Shown: positions 20,898-30,910, counted from the stretch's first letter. The stretch is DNA of 64,000 bases from Spirochaetia bacterium (GCA_963666985.2 CAXXIA010000002.1:2656001-2720000), one strand, 5' to 3'. Program-made: numbers and translations. The notes: generated from the sequence alone by a model not told the origin.

Positions 20898-21573
20898 TCT
20901 TATCCTCCGCGGATTTCGCTTCTTTCGGATTGTAGAATCCCAGCTTGAAAGCGATTCTGGCAAAAATAAGAGATAGAGCCGCAATGGCCGGTATTGTGAA
21001 GAATGAATTTATAAGACTGAAACCGAGGACGATTACCGCAACCACGATAGGAATGAGGGCTGTTTTGTAGCTCTTCAGTATCCAGGCCAGTGTGAGGGCT
21101 CCGAAAAGAGCCGGAACAACCTGATCAAAAGCCGGTCGGATGAGAGGATTCTGGAAGAAAGCGGTAAAGGGCGTTAGAAGAAGTACGCCGATAAAGATGA
21201 TAATCATTGTTACCATGGTAGATACGGCCATGGCGATCGTACTCAGCGCGTCGCCTTCCTCGGTTTTGGCATCAACCCCGGCGGCATCGAGTGCCGTTAC
21301 GGTGGCGGGAATTTTAATATTTGAAAAATTACCCGATACCGACATCAGGTAATAACCGGCGGAACCTACGATCGGGGAGTAGCTCATGAATTCGGCAATC
21401 CCCACGGGAATCATTATGGAAAGAATGGTTGTTGCTCCCTTGAGGAAAGCCGGCCAGTTCGGACTAATGCCGAAAACAAGCCAGATAACCATAGGCGGAA
21501 TAAATGATCCAACGAATACCGCCGCAACCATGAATCGTCCCAGTCTGTGAACACGTTCGTTATATGATTTCAT
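20890..21573 (-). CDS. Multi-pass membrane protein, probable transporter subunit
   Basis: About 6 hydrophobic helices, SGNFSNIKIP motif; operon with the DUF5058-like gene and amidohydrolase. Confidence 0.75.
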   Translation of the reverse strand: MKSYNERVHRLGRFMVAAVFVGSFIPPMVIWLVFGISPNWPAFLKGATTILSIMIPVGIAEFMSYSPIVGSAGYYLMSVSGNFSNIKIPATVTALDAAGVDAKTEEGDALSTIAMAVSTMVTMIIIFIGVLLLTPFTAFFQNPLIRPAFDQVVPALFGALTLAWILKSYKTALIPIVVAVIVLGFSLINSFFTIPAIAALSLIFARIAFKLGFYNPKEAKSAEDKNE

Positions 21574-21597
21574 TGCTTAATCTCCTTAATATTTCGG

Positions 21598-22311
21598 TTA
21601 TGCGGTAATCGCGGTTTTAATAATCACGGCTATGAGGGCGGCGATTATGCTGAACGACAGGGAATATTCTCCCAGCCAGCTTGCTTTGGTCTTCTTTGAC
21701 AAAATCAGAACAACACCCATGGTAACGGCGCTGACGCCGACCGCAAGAAGGTCGTTTCCGCCCGCTATAATAGCGGGAACCGAAAAGTTTGCAAAAACGG
21801 CTATCATAATGGTCCCGACAAAAACACCCTGCCAAACCGTGTTTCTGGCCGTTATCTTGCTAACGGTCTCCTTGTATTTTTTGAGAGCAAAAAAAGCGAG
21901 GATAAAACCGGGCAGAACTCCGATAGTCATACACCAGACGGAATTGGCCCAAACAGTGGGTGTAAAGCCGGCTCTGCCAAGCCCTTCGGCTCCCGCTTCC
22001 GTGGCACCTATTGTAGCCGTTACCACTTCATACATAAGAGATCCGATAACTGAAAGACGACCCCATGCAATAGGCATTCCGAGAACCGGTACCAGTGTCA
22101 TCAATCCGAGAATGATGGCTATCGAGGGAATGATACTCGTTGTCGCCGCTGTTCTGATTACTTTTGAAATGGTCTTTGTTTCAACACCCAGTTCCAGCGC
22201 TCTTGTTTTTGCCATCCGGAAGAAGATAAACGCCATAACAAAAACTCCGCTCAGAAGGACTGCAACCGCTGCGTACAACGCCACACTGTTCGCCATTACC
22301 AAATGATCCAT
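21598..22311 (-). CDS. DUF5058-like membrane protein
   Basis: Hydrophobic, WGRLSVIGSLMYE motif; AAGGAG RBS. Confidence 0.7.
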   Translation of the reverse strand: MDHLVMANSVALYAAVAVLLSGVFVMAFIFFRMAKTRALELGVETKTISKVIRTAATTSIIPSIAIILGLMTLVPVLGMPIAWGRLSVIGSLMYEVVTATIGATEAGAEGLGRAGFTPTVWANSVWCMTIGVLPGFILAFFALKKYKETVSKITARNTVWQGVFVGTIMIAVFANFSVPAIIAGGNDLLAVGVSAVTMGVVLILSKKTKASWLGEYSLSFSIIAALIAVIIKTAITA

Positions 22312-22562
22312 TAGGAGCTCCTTTAATCCTTAGCTTAGAATGAGATAAATACGTAATTGTTCACGCGTATTTACTGTCGGTATGCAGATATTGTTCATAG
22401 GGTTCATTCATCTGTCAATTGAGGTTTTTCAAATAGTCGATTAAGGATCTTATCCGGCCTTGAGCAGGATCAGCCGCCGGTCCGCTGATTCCAAGGGGGC
22501 TTTTCGGTAAGGAGAGCCTTTTTTTTATTTCCGGATGCGGTATGGATACGCACCGACGCCGG

Positions 22563-23042
22563 TCAAGAAGCGGATATAATTTCGTATTCTCCGATATGAA
22601 AGGCTTCCACGGCTTTATTCACGTTCTCGTCGCGGACCGTGATGTAGAGGTCCATGCCGGACTTCAGGGCCGATCGAATCGTTTCCGCGTGTCCTTTGCC
22701 GCCGATTTCAAGTTTTCCGAGTTCGTCAATGAAAAAAGATTTCGCTTTCTTCCTTATCGCGGTGGAAAGAATTTTTTCGGCCATGGCAAAACCTTCCGTT
22801 CTGAAGGTGAATGCGCCGTATCTTTCGGTTTTTTCCCAATCCTTCGGAAGAGGAAGACTGCTTAATTTCGCAAGAGGAAGGGATTCACCCGTATTCAGAT
22901 CCTTAAGGATATACATCGTGATTCTGCCGCAATCCCATACTTTTTCCGAACCGAATCCATGGGCCGCGTCGCTTTGCCGAAACAATTCTTTAAGCTTGAA
23001 GGTTTTTCCTTCGTTTTTCTTTCCCGTAACTAAATAAACCAT
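22563..23042 (-). CDS. Small P-loop NTPase (THEP1/DUF2478-like)
   Basis: TGKKNEGKT Walker A, FFIDELGKLE Walker B. Confidence 0.75.
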   Translation of the reverse strand: MVYLVTGKKNEGKTFKLKELFRQSDAAHGFGSEKVWDCGRITMYILKDLNTGESLPLAKLSSLPLPKDWEKTERYGAFTFRTEGFAMAEKILSTAIRKKAKSFFIDELGKLEIGGKGHAETIRSALKSGMDLYITVRDENVNKAVEAFHIGEYEIISAS

Positions 23043-23088
23043 CGGAGGAAAGTATACGCCGATTTGACCGTTTACGAAACGTTTCGGT

Positions 23089-23958
23089 TTATTTCGGGGA
23101 AATCCGGTACTTATGGGCCATCAGATCGGGACGATAAGAAACTTTAGTTTTGCGGAGTCCTTCGCGGCCCATGTCCTGTTCGAGATTCATGTACGTGTAG
23201 TTCGAACAGAAATCGCGGGCGAAACGGCTGAAGAGAAACTGGTAAGATCCTTTGATTCCCATGTCGGCTTTGGCGAAGTGAATGGTAAAAGTTTCTTCAT
23301 TAAGTTTTTCGCCCAGGATAAATCCCGCGGGTTTTCCATCGGCATAGGCGATTGCTCCCGTTAATTCGAGCTTTTCCCTTAATTCCAGTGCTTCCAGGCA
23401 TTGGTGATAATCGCTCGTGGCGAGTTCCTGCCTTGAAGAGTTTTGCCAGAGTTCCAAAATCCCTTTTGCATCCTTCAGCTTATCATCCGTCAGGGGGAGA
23501 AGAAGAGGATTGGGATTACTGAGGAATTGGTTCAGGAGATTTTTCTTTTTGTGCAGAGATTTTCCCGGATATGTTTTAAATTTTTCCGTGTGGTAGAGAT
23601 AATCCGAATCATTCGGATGTGATGTGATGTCGAACTCTTCCGCTTTGAAGCATTCCAGCCATTCTTCGGGTATCGGGAAGATAAAATCCCACTCTTGCCG
23701 TTTCAGGAGGGCTTTCAGCTCTTCAAAGCATCCCTTTTCCGCTTTGTTCGGGCTCATCATGGGCATCAGATAACGCTTATGATCATAGGAGAGACCGGAA
23801 ATTAAGACGCCGTGGCTTATTTCGACAACTTCATATTCGTGCGTATTCCTAAAGAGATAAAGATTGGCAAAGGAAAATTCGGAAAGGTGCATTCCTATGG
23901 CATCCAGCCGCTCGGTGATAAGTTCTTTATGTCCAAGGTCCAATTGTGATATTGTCAT
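23089..23958 (-). CDS. DUF2156 / aminoacyl-phosphatidylglycerol synthase-domain (GNAT-fold) protein
   Basis: SEFSFANLY, DYLY, IHFAKAD, NLEQDMGREGLRKTKVSYRP; start at ATG 23958. Confidence 0.8.
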   Translation of the reverse strand: MTISQLDLGHKELITERLDAIGMHLSEFSFANLYLFRNTHEYEVVEISHGVLISGLSYDHKRYLMPMMSPNKAEKGCFEELKALLKRQEWDFIFPIPEEWLECFKAEEFDITSHPNDSDYLYHTEKFKTYPGKSLHKKKNLLNQFLSNPNPLLLPLTDDKLKDAKGILELWQNSSRQELATSDYHQCLEALELREKLELTGAIAYADGKPAGFILGEKLNEETFTIHFAKADMGIKGSYQFLFSRFARDFCSNYTYMNLEQDMGREGLRKTKVSYRPDLMAHKYRISPK

Positions 23959-24248
23959 ATATATTAGGGTAATGATAATGTTTGGTCGCGGCAATTGGGC
24001 GGAACCGCTGCTCCGATAATATTCTCTCGGATGCCGAGGTTGTTTTTTATGACTTCCCCCTCGCCGCACGGAAGGTTATTTATTATTTTATTCCCAAGCG
24101 AAGCGAGAGAAGTGAAATGGAATTTCGTTTCTGAGCATGAGCCGGGAAAGTCAGGTTTAATATCTCGCCCTTTGGGGCGGAAGGGTCACGGAGTGCTCAT
24201 TTCCAGGGCTTGCCCCGGGGTATGATGCCTTTCATTGGTGTTATTCAT

Positions 24249-25412
24249 ATGGATCGTATTTATTTGGACAACAATGCAACCACGGTTGTGGATCCCTTAG
24301 TGAAGCAGGCTATGGAGCCGTTCTGGCTGCAGAGCTACGGGAATCCCAATTCTCTTCATGATTTCGGCACCGAAACCCATCCGGCGATGAGTATTGCGTT
24401 TGATCGCATCTACGCCGGCATCGGGGCGTCCGATGACGATGATGTGGTTATCAACAGCTGTGCTTCGGAAGGCAACAATACCGTCCTGAAGGGTGTTTGG
24501 GCCGATTCCATTCTCAACGGCGGCAAGAAAAGGATGATCACCAGCCAGGTGGAGCATCCCAGTGTGGCGAACACGCTGGACTGGCTTGAAAGGCAGGGAG
24601 TGGAAGTCATCCGTCTGGCACCGGACGGCGACGGCAGAATTACCGTTGATACTCTGGCCGACGGATTCGATCCGGATGTTACCGCTCTTGTAAGCATTAT
24701 GTGGGCCAATAACGAGACGGGTCTGATTAATCCCGTCGGTGAGCTGGCCTCTTTTTGCCGGGAAAAGGGTGTGTTGTTCCATACGGATGCCGTGCAGGCC
24801 GTGGGAAAAATCCCGGTGGATCTGCAGAACGTTCCCGCCGATTTTTTGACTTTCAGCGCCCATAAGTTTCACGGTCCCAAAGGAATCGGGGGACTTTTCA
24901 TTCGAAAGGGGCATGCGTTGACGCCGCTTCTTCACGGCGGTGAGCAGATGGGCGGCCTGCGGGCGGGGACTGTGAACGTCGCGTTTCTCGTAGGGATGGG
25001 CCTGGCCATGGAAATGGCCGTAGATGCTTTGAAATTTGAGGATACCAGAGTTCGCTCTTTGAGGGATAAGCTTGAGGACGCCATCCTGGCTCTTCCGGAT
25101 ACCATCGTAATCGGCAAGCGGGAGTACCGCACACCGAACACCATCCTGGCGAGTTTCAAAGGGATTGAGGGCGAAGCCTTTCTTTGGGATTTGAATCAAT
25201 TAGGTTTGGCCGCCAGCACCGGCAGTGCCTGCTCCTCCGAGTCTTTAGAGGCCGATGCAACGCTTCGAGCCATGGTTTCGGACGCGGATCTGGCTCATAC
25301 GGCGGTGCGCTTCAGTCTGTCGCGTTTTACCACCGAAGAGGAAATCGATGCGGCCGCGGCGGCCGTCGAGAAAACCGTTTCGCGGCTGAGGGCTATTTCC
25401 AGCACGTATTGA
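24249..25412 (+). CDS. nifS: Cysteine desulfurase NifS
   Basis: YLDNNATT, HTDAVQ, SAHKFHGPKG, STGSACSS. Confidence 0.93.
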   Translation: MDRIYLDNNATTVVDPLVKQAMEPFWLQSYGNPNSLHDFGTETHPAMSIAFDRIYAGIGASDDDDVVINSCASEGNNTVLKGVWADSILNGGKKRMITSQVEHPSVANTLDWLERQGVEVIRLAPDGDGRITVDTLADGFDPDVTALVSIMWANNETGLINPVGELASFCREKGVLFHTDAVQAVGKIPVDLQNVPADFLTFSAHKFHGPKGIGGLFIRKGHALTPLLHGGEQMGGLRAGTVNVAFLVGMGLAMEMAVDALKFEDTRVRSLRDKLEDAILALPDTIVIGKREYRTPNTILASFKGIEGEAFLWDLNQLGLAASTGSACSSESLEADATLRAMVSDADLAHTAVRFSLSRFTTEEEIDAAAAAVEKTVSRLRAISSTY

Positions 25413-25466
25413 AAAATTGAATAGAGGCGGGCCGCTGAACACCGTGCGGCCCGAGAGGAGCATATC

Positions 25467-26423
25467 ATGGCGAAGGGCGACTTGGTCGGCGGATCCCTAT
25501 GGCAGAATTACTCAAACAAAGTCGCCGAACGGATGAACCATCCCCGTTTCCTCGGCGAAATCAGCGAAGACGAAGCCTTATCCCTGGGAGCCAAACTCGT
25601 TGTCGCCGATCATGGCGCCGAGTCCTGCGGGGATGCCGTGAGGCTGTATTGGGCCGTGGATGAACAGTCCGGAAAAATCGTCAGAGCGAAATTTAAAAGC
25701 TTCGGCTGCGGTACGGCCATCGCTTCGAGCGACATGATGGCCGAACTTTGTGTCGGGAAAACCGTTGATGAAGCCATGGGCATTACGAATTTGGAGGTGG
25801 AAAGAGCTCTTCGGGACAATCCCGATGTTCCGGCGGTTCCTCCGCAGAAGATGCATTGTTCGTTGATGGCTTATGACGCCATTAAAGCCGCGGCCGCAAC
25901 GTACAAAGGAATAGACGTTAAGGCGCTGGAAGAAGCCGAGATTGTCTGCGAATGCGCTCGGGTTACCTTGTCCACCATCAAGGAAGTGATTCGTCTGAAC
26001 GATCTGAAAACCGTTGAAGAAATCACCGCGTACACAAAGGCCGGAGCTTTCTGCAAGTCGTGTCTGCATCCGGGTGGACATGAGAAGCGCAAATGGTATC
26101 TGGCGGATATCCTGGCCGAGACGCGGGCCGAAATGGAAGGGGAAGCCGCCGCGGTCGAAGTGCCCTTTAGCGAACTTGCTTTATTTAAGAAGTTCAAAGC
26201 CGTTGAGCGTGTTCTCGATGCCGAAATCCGCCCGATGCTTCATCAGGACGGCGGGGATGTGGAAGTGGAAGATTTCCGCATGGACGGCGATGTGCCCGTA
26301 GCCACAATCTCTTACAAGGGTGCCTGTTTGGGATGTATCAGCGCCACCGTCGGAACCCTGGGATTCATAGAAAATATCCTGAAGGACAAATTGGATCCGG
26401 CTTTTTGCGTGGAAGTTGGCTGA
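25467..26423 (+). CDS. nifU: Three-domain Fe-S scaffold NifU (IscU + BFD-like + Nfu)
   Basis: SCGDAV, FGCGTAIAS, KMHCS; CECAR...FCKSC; DGGDVE...GACLGC. Confidence 0.93.
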   Translation: MAKGDLVGGSLWQNYSNKVAERMNHPRFLGEISEDEALSLGAKLVVADHGAESCGDAVRLYWAVDEQSGKIVRAKFKSFGCGTAIASSDMMAELCVGKTVDEAMGITNLEVERALRDNPDVPAVPPQKMHCSLMAYDAIKAAAATYKGIDVKALEEAEIVCECARVTLSTIKEVIRLNDLKTVEEITAYTKAGAFCKSCLHPGGHEKRKWYLADILAETRAEMEGEAAAVEVPFSELALFKKFKAVERVLDAEIRPMLHQDGGDVEVEDFRMDGDVPVATISYKGACLGCISATVGTLGFIENILKDKLDPAFCVEVG

Positions 26424-26518
26424 TTATCAGTCTGTTGAGTCGATTTCAAAAATCGCTGCACGGCGTCCTATAATTTCTCCTCGGTTCCTATGGAGGAGCT
26501 TTTTTCATTGCTGATGAA

Positions 26519-27520
26519 TTACATCAGCGATCGGAAAAATTCCATATCGGCGTCCATTACCCGGTAAAAACTGCTTGATATATTGTGGTCTTCTCCGGGA
26601 TATTCGAAGAATCTATAGTTCACTCCGGCGGCATCCAGGTTGGATCGGAATGGGATACTCCATTCGAATGGAACCGATTCGTCAGCCGTACCATGATGGA
26701 TGAGCATGGGAACTGAAATGGAATCCAGGTAGGAATTCGGCGTTAGACTGGGGTAGTGTTTTTTAGAAAAAGCTGATTCGATCTGAACTTGGAGATTCTT
26801 TGCCGCTTCTGCATTCCGGCGTCTGATAAAATACAGCGTGTTTTCCGGGAAATCCTGAGTAACCGCCGCCCATAGGGTTGCTCCTTTGATGGTGGTGTCT
26901 ATTGTAAGAATACGAAGGGATATCTCTCCGCCCATGGAATGACCGTAGAGAAATATGTTATCCGTATCCGCTCCGGGGATTTTATTAAGATCGGCCAGAA
27001 GATTGAGAACATCGATTGAATAATCAATTGTTCTTGATAGACTCCGTTCCCCAAGACCTTCCGAGCGTCCGTGACCCCGATAATCCGGCTTTATCACGAG
27101 AAATCCGCCTGCGGCATAATAACGGGTAACCATTCTGTAATGTTCCGTAGTGGAGTAGATATCCGGGTTGATGTGACCGTGTGCAAGAAGAATCACCGGT
27201 CGGCCGTATTCCGGGGCATCTCCTTCCGGGCCCTCGATTAATCCGTAATTTCTGTTGCCGTCGCTGATATAGGAGAATTCCCGGGCATAAAGACCCTCGG
27301 CCGCGGGAACCGTATTTAAGAGTTGAAAATCTTCCATACCGTAGGAACGCTGCCGAAGAGCGGGGATGCTTAAAGGATGCAGTCCGGTTCTATCGGGAAG
27401 CGGCTGCGGCGCCTGGACGGATATCGTCATTTCCGGAGATGCCGCTCCGTTCCTTGCGCAGCCTATAAGAACCAAAACGATCGGAAGAATGATCTTATTC
27501 ATTGCATTTTTTAATTTCAT
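26519..27520 (-). CDS. Alpha/beta hydrolase (S9-like), probable lipoprotein
   Basis: GHSMGG nucleophile, HGTADESVP, EDHN; lipobox-like LIGC; start may be 27502. Confidence 0.8.
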   Translation of the reverse strand: MKLKNAMNKIILPIVLVLIGCARNGAASPEMTISVQAPQPLPDRTGLHPLSIPALRQRSYGMEDFQLLNTVPAAEGLYAREFSYISDGNRNYGLIEGPEGDAPEYGRPVILLAHGHINPDIYSTTEHYRMVTRYYAAGGFLVIKPDYRGHGRSEGLGERSLSRTIDYSIDVLNLLADLNKIPGADTDNIFLYGHSMGGEISLRILTIDTTIKGATLWAAVTQDFPENTLYFIRRRNAEAAKNLQVQIESAFSKKHYPSLTPNSYLDSISVPMLIHHGTADESVPFEWSIPFRSNLDAAGVNYRFFEYPGEDHNISSSFYRVMDADMEFFRSLM

Positions 27521-27650
27521 AGTAATATTGTAATAATATAGAGAATCTGAGATTTCTGTTTTCTGTTACATTTTTGTCATGTTCCTATTCAATACTTTGA
27601 AAACAGTCGACTACCGGGATTTTGAGAGTTTACTGATTGCTTGTATCGTT

Positions 27651-28886
27651 TCACGCAGGTTCGAATTTCAAAGACACGATCCGCTTCTTTTTAACTTCCA
27701 GAACCGTATAGCGTCCTTCGGAACACGTGAGGACTGTTCCCGGCGTGGGGATTCGTTCGAGTTTCTCCAGCAAATATCCGCCGATTGTGTGCGTTCTGCT
27801 GTCGTGTTCCAAATTGAGTCCCAAAGTATCGGCGATGTCGTAAAAGTCGGCATCGCCCTGCATAATCCAGCCGCCGCTTTCATCGGGGATAATGGGATCG
27901 TCTCCTCCGGATTCCCTTTCATCGTACAGCTCGCCGAAGATTTCTTCCATGATGTCTTCTCTGGTTACAATGCCGTCCAGGCCTCCGTACTCGTCGAGAA
28001 CCACGGCAAGATGAATGGGCTCTTTTTTGAGTCGGAAGTAGAGTTCGTGAGCCTTCATCGTTCCGGGGACGAGGTAGGGCGCTGAAGCTATTGTTTTTAT
28101 CATGGCGCCGGGAGTTTTTTTCATGGCGCCCGCGAGGTCGGTAAGGGCAATTGATCCTGTTACGTGTTCTCCGTCTTTTTTAAGAACCGGAGCGCGGGAA
28201 TGTCCGGATTCGACAAAGCGGTCCATCGCTTCCGAGACGCTCATATCCTCGACGAGAGAGAACAGGTCGGTTCTATGAGTCATGATGGCTTCGACCGGCG
28301 TGTCGTTGATTCGAAAGACATTCCGAACCATTTCTTTTTCGAATGATTCCACAACACCCTCATTCTCAGCCGCTTTAACATGGTGCAGCAGGAATTCCAG
28401 TGTTAATTTGGGTGTTTCCTTTCCGGCGATCATTCGCGTGAGCGTACCGCTGATGGCGGTGACGATCCTGATGACGGGCCGGAAAATCCAAGAGAGAAAC
28501 CTTACCGCACGGACACTGCGGAGTGTGAGCTTTTCCGCGGTTTTCAGGGCAATCTGTTTCGGGGTGACTTCACAGAATATGAGAACCAGCAGCGTGAGAA
28601 TCCCCGTAGCCGCGGCAACGTAGGTATTTCCGAAGAGACGGATGGTCATGGATGTCGTCAGAGCGGAAGCGCCGATGTTGGCCAAGTTGTTGCCGATCAG
28701 AAGCGTCGTCAGGAGGATATCGGGCCGATCCGTCATGTTTTTAACAAGCCGGCCCCGTTTCCCTCGGTTTTCGGACATTGCGGAAATTTGTCCCGGAGTG
28801 AGCGAGGTGAAGGCCGTTTCAACCGATGAGAACAGAGCCGATGCAAGAATTAGCAGAATAAGAAACGCGAGCAGCCAGGCTGTCAT
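27651..28886 (-). CDS. Hemolysin-family CNNM/CBS/CorC protein
   Basis: FSSVETAF, LLIGNNLAN, GHSRAPV, VLDEYGG, EDIMEEIFGE; start at ATG 28886. Confidence 0.9.
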   Translation of the reverse strand: MTAWLLAFLILLILASALFSSVETAFTSLTPGQISAMSENRGKRGRLVKNMTDRPDILLTTLLIGNNLANIGASALTTSMTIRLFGNTYVAAATGILTLLVLIFCEVTPKQIALKTAEKLTLRSVRAVRFLSWIFRPVIRIVTAISGTLTRMIAGKETPKLTLEFLLHHVKAAENEGVVESFEKEMVRNVFRINDTPVEAIMTHRTDLFSLVEDMSVSEAMDRFVESGHSRAPVLKKDGEHVTGSIALTDLAGAMKKTPGAMIKTIASAPYLVPGTMKAHELYFRLKKEPIHLAVVLDEYGGLDGIVTREDIMEEIFGELYDERESGGDDPIIPDESGGWIMQGDADFYDIADTLGLNLEHDSRTHTIGGYLLEKLERIPTPGTVLTCSEGRYTVLEVKKKRIVSLKFEPA

Positions 28887-29046
28887 TCGGCGGATTGGAC
28901 GGCGGCGCGAGATGAAAACGCGCCGGATATAGGCAGGGGATCTTCCATAGATCTTTATCATCCCTTATCGGAGGCGGAGGGACAAGAGGCGGCGGGAAAT
29001 CCATTATCCGGTCGGTATGCCGGTTTCCCGAAAACGTTTCAGAGGG

Positions 29047-29079
29047 GAGGCGATTTCAAAAATCAGCGATTTTTGAAAT
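29047..29079. repeat. Palindromic REP-like element
   Basis: GAGGCG ATTTCAAAAATC-AGC-GATTTTTGAAAT; partial copy at ~26438-26457. Confidence 0.6.
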
Positions 29080-29175
29080 AAAACCTTATATAACAGCCTG
29101 TTGATATGATGTGAACTGTAAACCCCCAACCGATTATTTTTTCCCAGAGCCCTCCTCATGAGTGTCTCGGAGAGA

Positions 29176-29379
29176 AGAGCACGAATAAGAGCCCGGCAGC
29201 AAATAACGACGGTTGATCACTCTGATATTCGTGGATCAAGCCGAAGGCCCGCCTACATGGTCGTGATCCGTCGGGAGCTGCCTCAGACTAAAGGCGCGGG
29301 TCCGGCCGATATCGGCCTGTCGCATAGCAGGCGCGAGGATTCTCCTTTCCGTGTGCTGCCGGGCCCTCATTCGTGCTCT
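29176..29379 (-). ncRNA. Putative bridge RNA / seekRNA of the IS110-family element
   Basis: 26-bp closing stem (29176-29201 with 29354-29379) and two internal stem-loops whose segments match the flanking target and the donor junction. Confidence 0.75.
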
Positions 29380-29395
29380 CCTGTTTTCATATCCG

Positions 29396-30535
29396 TTAGG
29401 CTATGACTTCCTGGTGCTTGGATTCAACAGTTGTACCGATCGCCCAAACAAACCCAATGAGATCTCGAGCTACAGCAGTAATCACTTGCTGCTTTGTCTT
29501 CCCACGACCAAGAAGCCTCACGTACCTGGAATGAAGCCTGTGGCGAGCGGTGCCGGCAATCTCAATGACTTCGGCGCTGAGCCCCTCTTGGCGTGCCCGC
29601 AACCTGGGAGTCAGAGTTGGCTGAAATCGTGCCGACCAAGCCGCCTCGACAAGCACCCGGCGGAGGTGCGTGTTGCCTGTCTTGCTTATCCCTCCTCGCC
29701 GAACTCTCTCACCACTGGAGTGTTCACTGGGAACCAGACCGCTGTAACCCATGGCCTGCCGGGCGGTAGGGAATCGTGATAACTGACCAACTTCCGACAC
29801 GATGGTTACGGCGCTGATTTTCGCGATACCTCGCAGTGCCTGGAGGGCCGCTATCACCTCCTGCATGGACTCCGGAGCATTTTCCACGACCTCGTCGATG
29901 AGTTTCTCCAGGCGTTCGATTCGTTGGCCTTGGTGATGGATCTCATCCAGGTAGTCTGCCAGAGTTGCCTGTTGAGCGTACTGTTCGAATTTTACCTCTT
30001 TGCGTATCCATTCGAGGTAACGCTGCGTCCATGCTTTCATCTTCACTGTCGGACGTTTGCCATGCCTGAGCAGGAACTTACTCAGACGATGCCGAGCTCG
30101 AAGCTGATCCTGTTTTGCAGCTTCCCGTGCTCGGACCAGATCTCGAAGAGCCTCGTGTTCGGCGTCTGGCACCCAGACCGAAGTAAGGTCTCCTGCTCGG
30201 TAGGCTCGAGCCAATCGCTCGGCATCCCGCCGGTCAGTCTTGATCCGGTCACCGGGTTTCACCGGGATGAGTGTCGGGGCTACTACCTCACAGGTGCAGC
30301 CCAACTTCGTCAGCTGCCAGTACAATGCGTACCCGGTAGGTCCAGCTTCATAACAAGCCGTCCAAGTCGATTTCGGCCCCAGCTTGCCAAGCAGCTTCTT
30401 GATGCTCGGTTCCCGATTCGGGATGATACCGAGGTTTCTGACTTCTCCCCCGTTGGCTTCGGCAACCGCCACTGCAATTGTTTCAGCGTGAACGTCCAAA
30501 CCTACAAACCGCCCCACCGTCGTGTTAAGCTTCAT
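29396..30535 (-). CDS. IS110 family transposase/recombinase
   Basis: RuvC-like DEDD (GLDVH, YEAG, KTDRRDA) and C-terminal SEHSSG serine motif. Confidence 0.95.
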   Translation of the reverse strand: MKLNTTVGRFVGLDVHAETIAVAVAEANGGEVRNLGIIPNREPSIKKLLGKLGPKSTWTACYEAGPTGYALYWQLTKLGCTCEVVAPTLIPVKPGDRIKTDRRDAERLARAYRAGDLTSVWVPDAEHEALRDLVRAREAAKQDQLRARHRLSKFLLRHGKRPTVKMKAWTQRYLEWIRKEVKFEQYAQQATLADYLDEIHHQGQRIERLEKLIDEVVENAPESMQEVIAALQALRGIAKISAVTIVSEVGQLSRFPTARQAMGYSGLVPSEHSSGERVRRGGISKTGNTHLRRVLVEAAWSARFQPTLTPRLRARQEGLSAEVIEIAGTARHRLHSRYVRLLGRGKTKQQVITAVARDLIGFVWAIGTTVESKHQEVIA

Positions 30536-30658
30536 ATTGCCCCCCTCGTATGTAGCTCTGCGCTACTGTGTGTCTCACAAAAGCGTAACCTACGCGTTTG
30601 CGAGTGGGGGCATTCGGTTCACATCATTGTGACTAAAGGGGTTTCAACCGTCGGTTCC

Positions 30659-30691
30659 AAGCAATTTCATGAATTATGAAATTGCCTCAGG
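30659..30691. repeat. Palindromic REP-like element
   Basis: AAGCAATTTCAT-GAATT-ATGAAATTGCCTCAGG; inverted copy at 35505-35537. Confidence 0.7.
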
Positions 30692-30910
30692 GGTGAATTA
30701 TTCTTCTCATAACATGCCGGATACGGCAAACGAGAATGATTTGTTTCGCCGATTAGGTCAGGTCGGACAGACGGAATTTTCGGCTGCCTGGGATTTTCTC
30801 GGCCGAAAGCATCGATCCGTTTTTCAATTCGGCCTTAAAAATCTTGCCGCCGACCCTGCTGTCTTAGTATCTTTTTTGACGATATTTCCACTTACGCAAG
30901 GACACAAAAC

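Larger units (their letters stand above)
29103..30634 (-). mobile_element. IS110-family element, IS1111-type (~1.53 kb)
   Basis: Sub-terminal 13-bp inverted repeats ATGATGTGAACTG (29106-29118) and CGGTTCACATCAT (30615-30627), no TSD, long non-coding region downstream of the recombinase; exact ends inferred. Confidence 0.88.

Noticed and set aside
22493..22530. Plus-strand terminator-like hairpin with a T run implying a hidden sRNA
   Set aside because: Could simply terminate the minus-strand NTPase gene; no promoter or conserved structure supports an sRNA.
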